A stretch of DNA of 64,000 nt from Zygnema circumcarinatum SAG 698-1b (taxonomy: Eukaryota; Plantae; Zygnematophyceae), in the NCBI GenBank assembly GCA_037447605.1, contig CM074814.1, positions 434,001-498,000 on the forward strand, in the 5' to 3' direction. The stretch's first letter is position 1. Each line of letters starts with the position of its first letter. A model generated the notes under the pieces. It saw only the letters and a list, made by a program, of their open reading frames with translations, was not told the DNA's origin and did no database searches. Positions 1-12,256 of the stretch are shown piece by piece. The position numbers and the translations under genes were made by a program.

Positions 1-1117
1 GGAGCCGCCATGGAGGAGGATATCATTCCTCTCTTGAGGGCTGCTTTGGAGAAGGAGGTTGGGCTGATTGGGCTTACTCTCACCTTTGAGGAGAATCAGG
101 TGATTGGAAATTTCGGACCTTGAAAGCTTGAAAATTGAAGTTGTGGAATAGAGTGTGTTGATGGGATAATGGGGGGGGGGGGTCGATTCTGCGAAAAAAC
201 GGTGGAAAAAATGTTGTTTTTTAGGTAGAGTGAACCTGGACCGAACTTAGGGGGATGTTCATTGCTTGCCATGGGCGTGCAAGATTGACACGCCTTGATA
301 TGGGAAGAACGAGAAGCATGGATAGGGATTTGTTCTGTTAGCAGGGGAGAAAAAATTAGGTGAAGGATAGGGGGAATTGCTATGCTGTAAGGAATTGGGT
401 TGTGCCCGTATTGACGTTCCTTTGCATCTTTTGAAGCCAATCTCACCGGAGGTTGTGTGTGTGGTGCCTGCAGTTGCGCGGAAGCTTCCTGAAGGACGGA
501 GTTCCGTATGCCTTTTGGTGTTATTTCCCGGATGGCAAATTGGAAGGTACATGCGTGAAAACTGAGGATCTCGTTCTCCTTCTTCCCCCCCAACTTCCCC
601 TCACAAGCACTTCCTTCCGCCTCTCTCCCTCTCCCTCCCCCGCCTCCTCTCACAAGCACTGTCCTCCCCCTCTCTCGCTCCTCCTCGCTGTCCCACTCAC
701 TAACACTGCCATCTCTCTCTCGCCTCCTCTTCTCCCTCTACCTCCCCCACTTCCTCTCACAAGCACTGCCCTCTTCCTCTCTTGCCTCCCCCTCTCCCTC
801 TACCCCCCCCCCCCCTCCTCTCACAAACACTTCCCTCCTCACTTGCCCCTCCCTCTTCCTCCGTCTCCCTCCCTCTCCCTCTCTTCCAAACACTTCCTGC
901 ACCCCCCCCTTCCCTGCACTTCTCTAATTCTTTCCTCTTTTTTCTTCTTTCCTCTCCTTCCCCTGCAGGGGCCCGTGGATTCTCCCTCGCCACTCACGGA
1001 GGCGAACCGAGCACTGTAGAGCCCTTCCTTATCGATGAGAAAAGGATCCTTCCAGACCTTCTCGTGTTCTGGGTTCAGAAGAGGCTCTTCGCCCAGAAGC
1101 TTCTCTCTCTCAACTGA
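1..1117 (+). CDS. ndhV: 3' part of NDH complex subunit V (DUF2996 family), chloroplast
   Basis: Exons <1-99, 474-546 and 969-1117 join by GT-AG introns in frame to give ..EEDIIPLLRAALEKE..LRGSFLKDGVPYAFWCYFPDGKLEGARGFSLATHGGEPSTVEPFLIDEKRILPDLLVFWVQKRLFAQKLL. This matches the DUF2996/NdhV C-terminal pattern (GFS..G..PST.E.FLIDE....DLLV....RL..QK.L). Confidence 0.8.
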
Positions 1118-2375
1118 GTCTCCATGTCAGTCAGTCAGTAGCAGCGGAAAATTCTGCCTACTGGCTTCTTCATAGAAATGGGGATGGGGAAAGGGAACTT
1201 GCTGAAATTTCTAAAGTTATTGAACGTAGGATAGGGCAACCAACTGCTGTAGGATAGGAAGTATCTATCTCCAATGGGAACCACTCAATGGATCAGTGAC
1301 TTTGTTTTGTAGAGGGCAAAAAAATGTAGATGCAAGGTCGTAATTTAACGTGTGGAAAAATACCTGCAAGGAATGTTAACGGAGAATACTTTGGGATTTA
1401 GTGAATTTTAGCGCTGAAATTCCTTACTAGGTGACATGTATGCTAATCCGAACATTCAAACATTTTGGTTGAGGTATAAAAAGGATCGCGTTCTTTTGCC
1501 CTTTTACTTGTATGGTCGTTCTTGTTATCGAGGATATGCAAGCAAAAGCAAAAACTTAAAGTCAGGCTCTGCCTCAAGCAGGTGGTTTGGCTTTTCCTAC
1601 ATATTGCATGCCACCCACTCCACATCTACAGATGCAGTCCATGCTTTGTTGTCTACAGCGTTGAAACTCCTTTTTAGACCTTAGCACGCTTTGTTAAACG
1701 TTGAATGACTAGCCTTCGAAGACATCCAAGATCGAAACAAGCGGTGCGTATAAATGTTTAAAAAACAGAGTGGACACGGACACATCTGTTCAAGGTTGCA
1801 AACTTTTGAATTCTTTAAGCGCTTTACAGTTCGCCTCTGGCGGCAATTTCCGGCTTGGGGAGCAAATCAAGAAAAAACCGCTAACAAATTATAGAAACAG
1901 AAACGCTTCTATTTTCCCAAAATTCCCTCAAATTGACTAACAAACACTGATATCTTACAGTATTTACAATTGCACTGCACACGAAAATGCAAAGCATCTG
2001 CTTACATTATTAGACGACCCAGATCCCGAAAAAAAAAAAAAAAAAAATCCCGAAGAACCCATTAGCAATTTCAGGCGCAGCATGTCGTCCTGCGACCCTT
2101 CAGGTCAACGTTTCAAAGTAAACACTTCGAGAGCGTTTTCGAATCGGCGATGCACGTCCCAACAAGAGCCGCGTGACATGTGTCACACGGAGGGCGCTCC
2201 GACGCTTGTCATGTTTCCGCACGTCATTGAGTTCAAGAACAATGTCATCATCCCCATAGCCATCATCATCATCATCCATCCCCTTCTGCTTCTTATGAAT
2301 CTCCTCACTCGCCTTCAAAGCGGCTTGAGGCTGCCATGCAATCGAAACAGAGAAAGGCTTGATCAGCTGTAGGAC

Positions 2376-5300
2376 TCAGCAAGCATGCATCACAGACTGT
2401 AGATTGCAACTCAGTTTAGTACCCCAAACTCTCGCCCTCTCTCCCTCTCCTCCCCCTCTCCCCCTCTCCTCCCTCTCTCCCTCTCCTCCCTCTCCTCGCT
2501 CCCTCGCTCCCTCTCTCCCTCTCTCCCTCTCGCCTTCCTCGCTCCCTCCCTCGCTCCCTCTCTCCCTCCCTCTCTCCCTCTCTCCCTCTCTCCCTCTCTC
2601 CCTCTCTCCGTCTCACCCCCCCTCCCTCTCTCCCTCACTCTTCTTTATCATCTCAAAATCCTCTTCGCACAATGGAGGGAGGGGGGCGGGAGAGGGAGGG
2701 AGAGGGAAGGAAGGAGGGAGAAGGGGAAATGATGAAATAACTCACAGATGCCTCCGGACTTTGCAATAATTCCTTTCTCGGCTTCCACATGATGATGGTC
2801 TCATCGCTACTTCCGGACCATACTCCACTCCCATTCGGAGCCAACGCGAGAGTGCGAACCCAATGACTGTGTCCCTTCAAAACTGCCACACACTTTCCTT
2901 CCTCCCAAGGACCCTTCCAAGCCCTAATGGTCTGGTCATGACCTGCAGACCAAAGGACCCCATCTTCATCCAAAGCAAGAGCTCTAATGCAGTTGGTATG
3001 CCCCTCCATTACAGAAATAAGTTTCCCTTCAAGAGTCCAACACATCACCTTCTCTTCTCCTCCACCCGACCACACATAGTCCTTTGCAATTAGGGCCCTA
3101 GATGACCCCGGATGACCCACTATTGTCCTTATACAAGACCTGTTTTTCCAACATTTTATGTCTCCATCTGCAGCAGCCGACCAAATTTGGCCCTTGATGT
3201 CTTCACAAAGAGCATGAATTGGGGCTTTATGACCCGCTTTTCCTGTTGGAGAAATCCAAGTGTTTGTTATTGAATACCCATCTGAGACCCACTCTTTGAT
3301 CACATTGTCATCTCCTCCCGAAAAGCAGCATCCTTCAGAAACCACTAGTAGAGTTGTTATAGCATGTCTGTGAGCGTTCGCATGTATGACTAAAGTTTCA
3401 TTGGAATGGTGATCGATCAACATCATTTTGCCATCTATGCAGGCCACCCAAAGCCATCCCTTTTTATCGAAAGCGAGAGATTTTATGGTTTCATGCTCCT
3501 CTCCCAATGTGAATATACACTCTTCTCCTCTCCATCGAGAGAGATTTCGGCCCCCTGTCCAGACAGTTCCGTCAGAGCCCACCGCTAAACTGAACACAGG
3601 GAAATGGCAACTGATTTCCATGGCTGCCTCCATGGAAAGAAGATGCTCCTCCGGATCAACCTGTGCAGAATTTTTACAAACTTTTAGATTATAGAAACAA
3701 ATTTCAACGTCCAAAGGAAGCGATTAGAGAGCACGGACACGAAATTTCGTGATTTAAACTAATCTGCAAAACATGCATTATAATTATGCAAACATAGCAA
3801 GGAAGAAAAACAGAAATTGCAGCATAAATAGTACGAAAAAGAGTTAAAGCTTACCTTTTCCTGCTTGAAAAGACCTGCCTTTGCCTCTTCTTTCAGTCTG
3901 AGCTCCATTCTCAGTTTCTCCATCTCGTCATGGAGAGTCTCTATCAACTGCTCCTGCTTGTCCATTGCATTTTTTTGGGCCAAATAAAGCGTAGCAAAGA
4001 ACCCAACTTGCGTCGGAATTCGCGTGTTCCGAATTGCATGCTCCGTCTTCTCTTTTGAGAGCTTCAAAGGGTCCAAATTCTCACATAGAAGGAGCCGGTC
4101 CTTCTCATCCACTCCCTTATCTCTTTCCAAAAAGGCATCAATCGCATCATACATTCTATTGCAGGTTGCTCGAGCTGAACTTGGAAAAGCTTCAACTAAT
4201 CTCTGAAAATCATGAATTTGAATAGTTTCCGATTCAGTACTTGCCCAAAGGAGATAGCTGTCCACCAAATCTCCTACAGAGAGATTCTCTTCTGAAGGAA
4301 ATTTGCTCTTTTCCTGCTTCAAGAAAGTTGAATATTGTCTTATGATAGAGAGTACAGTCTCCGCTTCCAACACCTTCAAGTCATCTAAAGACATCCTATG
4401 CAAGTCTTTTGTTAAACATGTCTCCAGTTCAGCTTCATAGGAGTCGAGTTTTAGGACATGGCAGAGCTTCAATAGAGTCACTTTGTAAGCAAGAGTAGGA
4501 ATCTGTCCCATTAATCCTTTGAATTTGTCTCCAGAAAGATCCGCCGCGCTTACTAGGTATTCCACAATTGCTTGAATATTGCATCTTCTGAAATCTTCAA
4601 TGAGGGAACTTTCCTTTCCTTTGAGTTCATTGGGCTCTATTTGAAGGAGCCACATATGGTTTTTCGCAGCAAGGGCATTCCCTGCAACTACAAAAGCCAA
4701 TTTTCTGGTTTGAAATTCGTGCAGAACGCCTTGTAAGAGACCCAAAGGCAAATCTATAAGCTTGTTGAATAAGAATACGGATTCTTCGACTTTTGAGGAA
4801 TCTTCTTGAAGCTGTGAGGCATGGTCTGAAAACAAGCAAAACAGGACCAGAAATGTTAGAAGATTAGAAAATTCCCAAAGAAAGAGAGACAGAAGAGGGA
4901 GAGGGAGAGAGCAGGGGAGTGCGGTAGATGAGGAAAGAAGGCGAGTGGGGAATGGAGAGGGGGAGAGGAGAGGGAGAGTGGAAAGAGCGAAAGGGTGTGG
5001 TGGGAGAGGTAGACTGAAGCAAACAGATGCAATAAAGAGAGAGAGTGAGAGAGAGAGGGAGAGAGGGAGAGAGGGAGAAAGAGGGAGAGCTACCTGCCAC
5101 AACTTCCTGGCACTTTTCCAGTACTTTAGCACTCGAATCATTCTCAAGCAGCGCAATTTCGGATCCTTGGAGTAAAGAGAGAGCATTCTTCCAATCGGAA
5201 TAAAAAAATTCTCTGAAAACCTTTTTGCAATACTCAATGAGGTTATTCGAAGACTGGTCCTCCGTCATTAAGAGATGCTCTGCTGACAGCAGCACCTGTA

Positions 5301-5985
5301 CGGCATTTTTGGCAGTAAGCGAGATGGGGACGTCATAGCAGAACTCCGTGACGATTTGAAAGGCCTCGGAGCCACCGGGAATGGAAACTTCAAGGACTAA
5401 ATCACTCTTATTTGGGTTTTTTTCCTTTTCGAATAATATCTGGAAATATTCACTGCGAGCGAAGAGGGGGAGCTTGTGAAGTTGGAACTTGCGGCCGTCG
5501 ATGATGATTGTCACGTCCGAGAGCAGGCCCGAGGAAAGGAGACGGGGGAGAGAGGAGAGAGAAGAGGGAGGGGAGGGAGGGGAGGGAGGGGAGGGAGGGG
5601 AGGGANNNNNNNNNNGGAGGGATGGGGGTGAGGAGAGGGAGAGGGAGGGGAGGGAGTGGATGGAGGTGTATGAGGGCAGGGAAGGAAGGGAGGGGAGAGA
5701 GGGGAGGGAGGGGAGTAAGCTGTGAGAGGGCTAGACGGGAAGGGGGGGGAGAGTGGGAAGGGAGTGGAGGGAGGGGAGGCAGGAGAGAGAGGGGAGAGGG
5801 GGTAGGGAGGGGATAGAGGGGAGAGAGGAGATGGGGGGTAGGGAAGGAAAGGAGGGAAGAAAGAGGCGTCCATTTAGGGTTTATTAGTGTCTTTGGATCT
5901 TTTCGAAGAAGAAGGAGATGTTTAAGAAAGCATGAACGGTCGGGTATGAATGCATTAAGAAAGGATTCTACCTGTATTCTTAAGC
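2376..5985 (-). CDS. NRL-family BTB/POZ-NPH3 protein with a C-terminal WD40 beta-propeller; start codon and last exon unresolved
   Basis: Probable micro-exon 5985-5972 (LKNTG). BTB exon 5528-5094 (LLSDVTIIIDGRKFQLHKLPLFARS..PGGSEAFQIVTEFCY); its acceptor reads CGG rather than CAG next to an N gap. NPH3 exon 4825-3855 (..CNRMYDAIDAFL..CENLDPLKLSKEKTEHAIRNTRIP, then a coiled coil). WD40 exon 3660-2746 (repeated GH..WSA..D motifs). Short last exon 2396-2376 if the canonical acceptor is used. Intron phases agree. Confidence 0.8.
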
Positions 5986-7074
5986 CTGAAAGATGAATGA
6001 CGACGCTTGGAAAGTACATATAGAAGGTAAAAAACAAAATCTGTAACTCTGAGTTTTAGTCCAAGTTCATTCATCCTTCCCTCTCCCACTAACGGAATCC
6101 AGAACTGAATACTCCTGCCGATTGTAGTATATAAAATGCAGAAGCAGAAACAATCCCCTCTCTCTCCTTCACTACTTCCTCATATCATCCCTTTAATTCA
6201 AGTCCTCCCCTTCCGCTTGTTGAAGTCCATAGGCAAGCCTTCCACAGCGCAAGCGGAGAGCTTGTATATTGAGCGAGTGGAGCAGTGCAGCCATGGCGGA
6301 GAACGAGGCAGAGAAAGAGAGAGAGAGAGAGCTCTTGACAGCTCCTTGAAAGACGTTCCATGGCGACTTCAAAGAAAGACGGACCGCTTTGGAACCCCCG
6401 GCGGCGATGGGAAGATCGCAGACTGCGCCATGCGTTCCATGCACGTTTCTCAGTTACTGTTCAGTTCGCAGTTCAGTTTGGCGGCGCACTGTAACGGTGA
6501 GATTGTGTCCGTAAAACGGAGATCGGAACTGAGCAAGTGCATAGAGCGGGGGTGTTCTTTGCGAGTTCTGTGTTGAATCCATGGGCAGTTTCACGGGAGA
6601 TGGAACAGGATACATAGCACAAGGCGGACCATTCAATGGGCTAACCATGTTTGGTCTTTGCCAATATGGTTGCAAACCATGGGCAATGGTTGGAAATAGG
6701 CGGCCAATCTGTGGTTGGTTTGGGTAACAAACTATTGGTTGGCAACCATTCCAATGGTTGATCCAATGGTCCAATCTTTGCTTGACCTTGGTAGGAAGTG
6801 TACAATGGCACTAGTATGGAACCAGGACCAGAACCATCGAGCTTATCTTTTTGAACGCGTTTTTAAGCAATTTCGCTCCCACTCAGACGAGAGGATGAAT
6901 TAGCATTGGTATCATGTATGGCAATGCCATGAAATGTGCATGTGCAACAACAACAACAACAACATGGAAAACCACGAGGAATTAACCGCTCCAAAGGACA
7001 TAAGGCCAATAGAACAACGTTGAGCTGAAGTTTGCTTCTTTCCAGTAAAAGGGCCAAAATTTTGATGTTCACTG

Positions 7075-7147
7075 CGCGCCAGACAGGGGTCGAACCTGCG
7101 ACCTCTTGCTTAGGAAGCAAACACTCTATCCACTGAGTTACAGGCGC
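7075..7147 (-). tRNA. tRNA-Arg (anticodon CCT)
   Basis: The reverse complement GCGCCTGTAACTCAGTGGATAGAGTGTTTGCTTCCTAAGCAAGAGGTCGCAGGTTCGACCCCTGTCTGGCGCG folds as a 73-nt cloverleaf with a CCT anticodon and TTCGA T-loop. Confidence 0.95.
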
Positions 7148-8118
7148 CTAATTTGAATTGTTTGCTCAAAAATACATTTAGTTGTTATTGTTCTTCGTAA
7201 AAACCATTAAAGCAATTTTTTTGCTTCTCAACTTAAATCGAGAACGGTATTCGGCACATTCCTTATCCAAGTCATTTCGACGGCGGACGGGTATTGCTTT
7301 CGAACGTAATTTCTCCTGATAGTGTCGAAAAGTGCGATGCGCCAAAAGGCGGAGCCCTGCACTGCTCGACTGTGCGCTGTGGGCTGTGCGCTCAATAGGT
7401 CCGGCCCAGGTCGAGGCCCTCTCACTCCTGCTCACTCTGACCCTGAGGTTGCTGCAGGGGTCGGCTTGCTCTGCAGGCAGGCAGGCAGGCAGGCAGGTAG
7501 GCGCGCCGGAATATGATGCAGGGTAAGAAGAAGAGGAAGAGGAGGATGCAGGATGTGCGTGGGATTGCACAGTGCATTTCCTGCATGACCTGTATTTCCT
7601 GCGCTTGTCCTTCTCATATTGATCACTTCACTCTCGCACCGCTCTGTTTGCATGACTTTGCCAAACTGTCTTGAATCGTATGCATCTCAACTCTCGCAAT
7701 TCAATTCGACTTGAGGACAGGACAGGCAGAGGAGTGCTACGCTTGCTTGCTTGCTGCTTTGCAGTCAGTCCGAATAACCCATTCGCATGCCTATCGCTTG
7801 GTCATAATGTGTGGTTTGAACGCATGATTGGGAGACTTTGTAGCTGCTCACTTTCGGCTTCCACATTGATATTCATATTTTCTAAGATGAATGAACTGCA
7901 ATGTGGTCTTGAGGAGAAGCACTTAGCTTTTTTATCTTGCAGCGTCAGGGAATTTCCTGCAATGGAATTTCTTTGCACTTTACTTAGGCTAAGTTTTATG
8001 GTTTTCAGGACGTTCTGACATTTACGGCAGGGCCTTTTCTTTCCATAACAGTTGAGGAAATGACTTTCTTTGATTTTTTTTCTTGTGTTGTTGAAATTGC
8101 TCTGCAGTTTCGGACAAC

Positions 8119-10228
8119 ATGGCGACAAAGGACCATCAAAGGACTCAACCATCGCCTGACAACGACTTTGTGGAGACAGTTCTCAAAGAATTTGAAGACA
8201 TTTTGAGATCTTTGGATCTCAAAGGGTGCAATCCTGATGCGACGGGCGTGAGTGACGAATGCGACAATGATCACAAAAAGTTAGCAGGCATGTTTTCCTG
8301 ATTCTTTTTCAACAAAATTTGTGTCAATGATCTTCTTCATATACTACATTTGTACCATTATCTTTTCTTTTCCATTCTTTTTATGTCATGATTCACAGTT
8401 TAAAAGGGCCATTTTAATTTGCTATGGTTGTAGACTGCTTGAGGCGTTTCGGCAGACTTTCCCAATTTCAGAAAGGACTGCACACACTATAACTGACAAT
8501 TCCAAGCCCATGCACAACCCTAAAATCTGACAATGCTCTGTCATGTTTGTTTCGAATGTGTGCTGCGAATGCAGATCTTTTGGAGCAGGAGCGGCTTCAA
8601 GATTCCGAATACATCCGAAGCACCTTAGTCCCACTCTTTGAGAGATTGGCTGAGCTCCGGATTGGGTCTCTCCGCGGCATTCTCACATGTGCCAAAGCTA
8701 AGCACCTCACATTTGTGAAAGCAGGGAATGCTTTGGCAGCTGATAACTACCAATGGCTGCTTAGTGATATCCTGAAGAATGTCAAGCGATTTCTATCATC
8801 AGAAATTGATCATGAGAAAAAGAGAGCGGAACGGTTACGAGATAACCTTGTGGCTATTCTCAGTTTCTTGGTGAAATCTCTAAATGTGGAAATTTCAGCG
8901 CCTTCTTTTGGTTCACCAACGCCAGCATATCTTGTAACGCTACTCAAAGCGTCCCTTGATCTCGACGCTGAAATTCAAAAAGAAATTTTAATGAATATTT
9001 TGAGCAAGCAGCTGTACAAGGTTAAGCTGCAGGACCTGCAGACGTTGGAGGGGTCGACCGTGCAGAATTTGTTCAGTCGATGCTCGGTTTCTTTGGCTAA
9101 TATAGAAACAGAGATTCCGGCTGATGTCAGAGCTAACGTCAGCACTGTGATTGAACTTTTGGATGGCTACCTTTATTCCATGGTCCTTCGAAATCCAAGT
9201 TTTCATTTGACGGCCCTTCTCAATCTGCTGGAAGCCTTTCCTGCCAAGGAGAGGCTGAATTGCGACAAGATCTATGAAGCGATCGACATTTTCTTGTGGA
9301 AAAACCCTGGAGTTACAGATGAAGTCCGTATCCACCTGTCGGCATATCTGGATCCATTCAAGCTATCAGTCTCAAAAACAGAAGATGCTGTGCAAAACCC
9401 AAGAATGATATTGCAGCCGAATTTCTTTACCACGCTTTATTTGGCACAGAAAAGGCGCATCAAGCAGCTTGAGTCACTTCATGATGTGGTGAGTGCAAGC
9501 AGACTCTGTTCAACAAATGGTATTGCTTGAAGTCGACATCTGAGAATTGAGGTACAAGAGGGACGATGTTGAGGGCACATCTTGTGGGCCTGGTTGAAAA
9601 AGGTGCTCGCGATTGTAATGGACAAGAATGAAATGAATCAATTGTATTGATTTCTCTCTACAAAATTGCATGTTCTTCCTCCCCTTCTGCTTCTACTTTT
9701 GAACGTGAGCACCCTCACTGTTCCCTCATCCATTATCAGACACTAACAGAATGAAAGCCCGTGGGTGTTGAGCAGGCAATTCTGTTATCGGGCCTTTCGA
9801 TTCTCCTCGTTGCCATCATGTTCCTGTTCCTTTTCTTCTGGATGCGCAATCCTGTTATCTCCAATGTGGCTCCAATGCCTTGTCCCACTCTTGAAGGCAT
9901 CGTCGCCGAAGTCAAACGTTCACTGCCTTCTCCTCCGATTTGCCCCACTGCCGATGACCTTCTGCATGAACTGGATGTTTCCTACATTCGTTCCTATTGT
10001 CCTTCCGTTGAAGAGGTGGTTGCTGAAGTGAAGCGCTCCCTTCCGCCTCCTCCCTCCCTTCAAGAGCTACTCATTGAGTTGGCGGGCACTTCATGGAACC
10101 AAGCTCAGCGCGACGTTGGGCCTCACGTGAAACGGTTCGCGAGAGATGCTGGTAAAACCTTTCGAGCTCTGCAAGCCAATGCGGCATCACTTTTGCGCAA
10201 ATGGGAATTGGAGGATGAGAAGAAGTGA
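8119..10228 (+). CDS. BTB-less NPH3-domain protein, copy 1, with a predicted transmembrane terminal exon (an unspliced isoform would stop at 9530)
   Basis: Exons 8119-8287 (GC donor, GCAG|GCATGT), 8575-9488 (NPH3 domain: PAYLVTLLKAS..LSKQLYKVKLQDL..CDKIYEAIDIFL..LDPFKLS) and 9758-10228 (TM helix AILLSGLSILLVAIMFLFLFFW). The donor GTG|GTGAGT at 9489 and the acceptor AAAG| at 9757 are both phase 0, giving about 517 aa. Confidence 0.7.
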
Positions 10229-12256
10229 GAGGGGGAAGAGAAGCGAGTAACGGTAGATACAGAAACCGTGACCCTTACTTTCCTCGGAGAGACCACTATG
10301 CTCCCTCCTATTGACTGCAGTTGACCACTTGTAAATTCGTTTGTAGCCTTGTACTTAGTGTAGCTGCATATCAAAATCTTTTCGGATGGTGTACAGGGGT
10401 TCTTTGTGAGGGAAGGCCTCAACCTTCCTTCGGACCAGTTTGTATAAAAGGCTAGAGGCCGTTTTTCAGAAGGGCAGAAGTGCGCTGTAGGAGGGACTAG
10501 TGAGTAGGGTCGCTTTCTGTAATGGAAACTAGAACTGAGACTGGTCGATGCTGCCGTGCTGGTACTGTCGGTAGGCGTGAACTGTGCAGTGAACAAATTT
10601 GGGAAGTAGTGACCAAATTTCGTCCATCTGTGTAGGCTGAGCAACCGGTCCTCTCCTCCGTTGGAGTTCCACTTGTCAATATCCTTCGAACTCTTTGAGA
10701 TTGATCTGTACATAATCAACAATACTTTTCGGCTTGCTTTTCATTTCAGTTTTTTGTTTTAAACCTTTCTGAGAGCATTTGCCTTCAGTCTGTGGAGGCC
10801 GTTTGATTTGTTGCAAAAGCCCCCAAGGATGAAGAACCCCTAGGATGCCTGCCTGCCTATCTGTCACGTCACGCATGACCTTCCTCACGCTGCCGTACAC
10901 CCCCGTCTCCAAATGCTTCAACTGTCAGCATGTGTGAAATTACATCAGCAAAGTTGAAACCACGCCAGCAAAGTTTGGATGAAATTGGAGGAAGTTGAAC
11001 CATGAAAGCGCACCCTTCGCAGGAAGGCGTCCATATTCTTCTTCGATGCGCGGTCGGCGGCGAACGCATCTTGGGTCGTAATGTTGTGCGCGACGCGAGT
11101 ACTGCGACTGCACAAGAGGCCGAACCACATTGTGACCCCTCGACCGACTCATGACTTTGGCCATGCACATTTGGTGGCATCATCGCCATGAGATCAATGC
11201 CATTTCAACTTCTTTCCACATCCTAATTGTAGATTATAGACTTCTAATCTGTGACTCCGCCGATTTCCGAGGCATGCAGTCCCTCGAGCTAGTCTTCCTC
11301 TCCACCGTCCGATCGGTCAGATCGCATGAGCATAGAACCGTCGCATCCGTGGATCGAGTTCGTGACATGACGTAACGTGACGTGACGTACGAAGGGACGC
11401 CCACCAAACAGGGGAAACGGCGGTCCGTATGATCCGTTACATGTCACAACCCATTCCGTACATTTTACAACCCATTTCGTACATTTCACATCCATTTCGT
11501 AACATGACACAGCATATTTCGTACATATAGTACATACAGTACTGTATGGTACAAATCGTGTACGGCACATCGAAATTTTGCAAGGAGTACCGTATCGGGG
11601 CGATGGATGGGGCATGGTCTCACAATGGCGATGATGCCATCAAATGTACATGGCCAACATCATCATCATCATCATGGGAAACCACGACGACGGCACAGAC
11701 CGCGGCATGAGGCCCTGCGAGAATGTTTCCATGCAGCTTTTTCCTTACAGAAGCTTTTTCCTTCCGCGGCAGAAGCGCCACCACGTTCCAAAGCCGCCGC
11801 GTCCTGCCCTGCATGCCACAACACACCGCAGGACGGCGCACACCGCGGCATGAGCCCCTGCACCTCTCTCGGGGGGCCGACGGCGCAGAAAGCGCCGTGC
11901 AGCCGTCCGATCGCCGCAGGCGCAATCGCAGCCGTCCAGTCCACTACAGGGTCGACTTCGCCACCCAATCGCCGGGTCGGAGACGTCGCCGGGCGAGCCT
12001 TGGCACAAAGAGGCGGCGAATGCTACAACGCTTCGAGCCCGCTCTCGAGAGGGCTGCTTGAACTCTGGCGCTTCGCAGCGAGACGCTTATCGAAAGAAGT
12101 ACATCGTAGGTTTGATTTTGTCGCAAATTCAAAGACCCAAATGTACTTGTTTTGAATAACAAGGATTGGGAAGCACCGGAGGGAGCGGCTTCTGCAACTT
12201 ATTTTCTCGCTCTGATGGAACCGCTCTGCTCTGCTCTGCAGGTTGCGGCTGGAGCC

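Noticed and set aside
2100-2409. B-box-like CDAC..DQAFLCFDC peptide and a basic RKRSRSV tail as the end of the NPH3-WD40 protein
   Set aside because: The Cys frame needs a weak GAG acceptor, lacks a B-box ligand and stops at 2305. The basic tail is in another frame. The canonical acceptor gives SVMHAC*.
5529-5531. Non-canonical CGG acceptor as a novel splice signal
   Set aside because: It lies beside an N gap in a low-quality CT tract, so a single base-call error (CAG) is the simpler explanation.
10123-10921. Minus-strand gene duplicated at 18541-19030
   Set aside because: The DNA is homologous but the reading frames switch between copies and substitutions are not biased to synonymous sites, so it is treated as duplicated non-coding flank.
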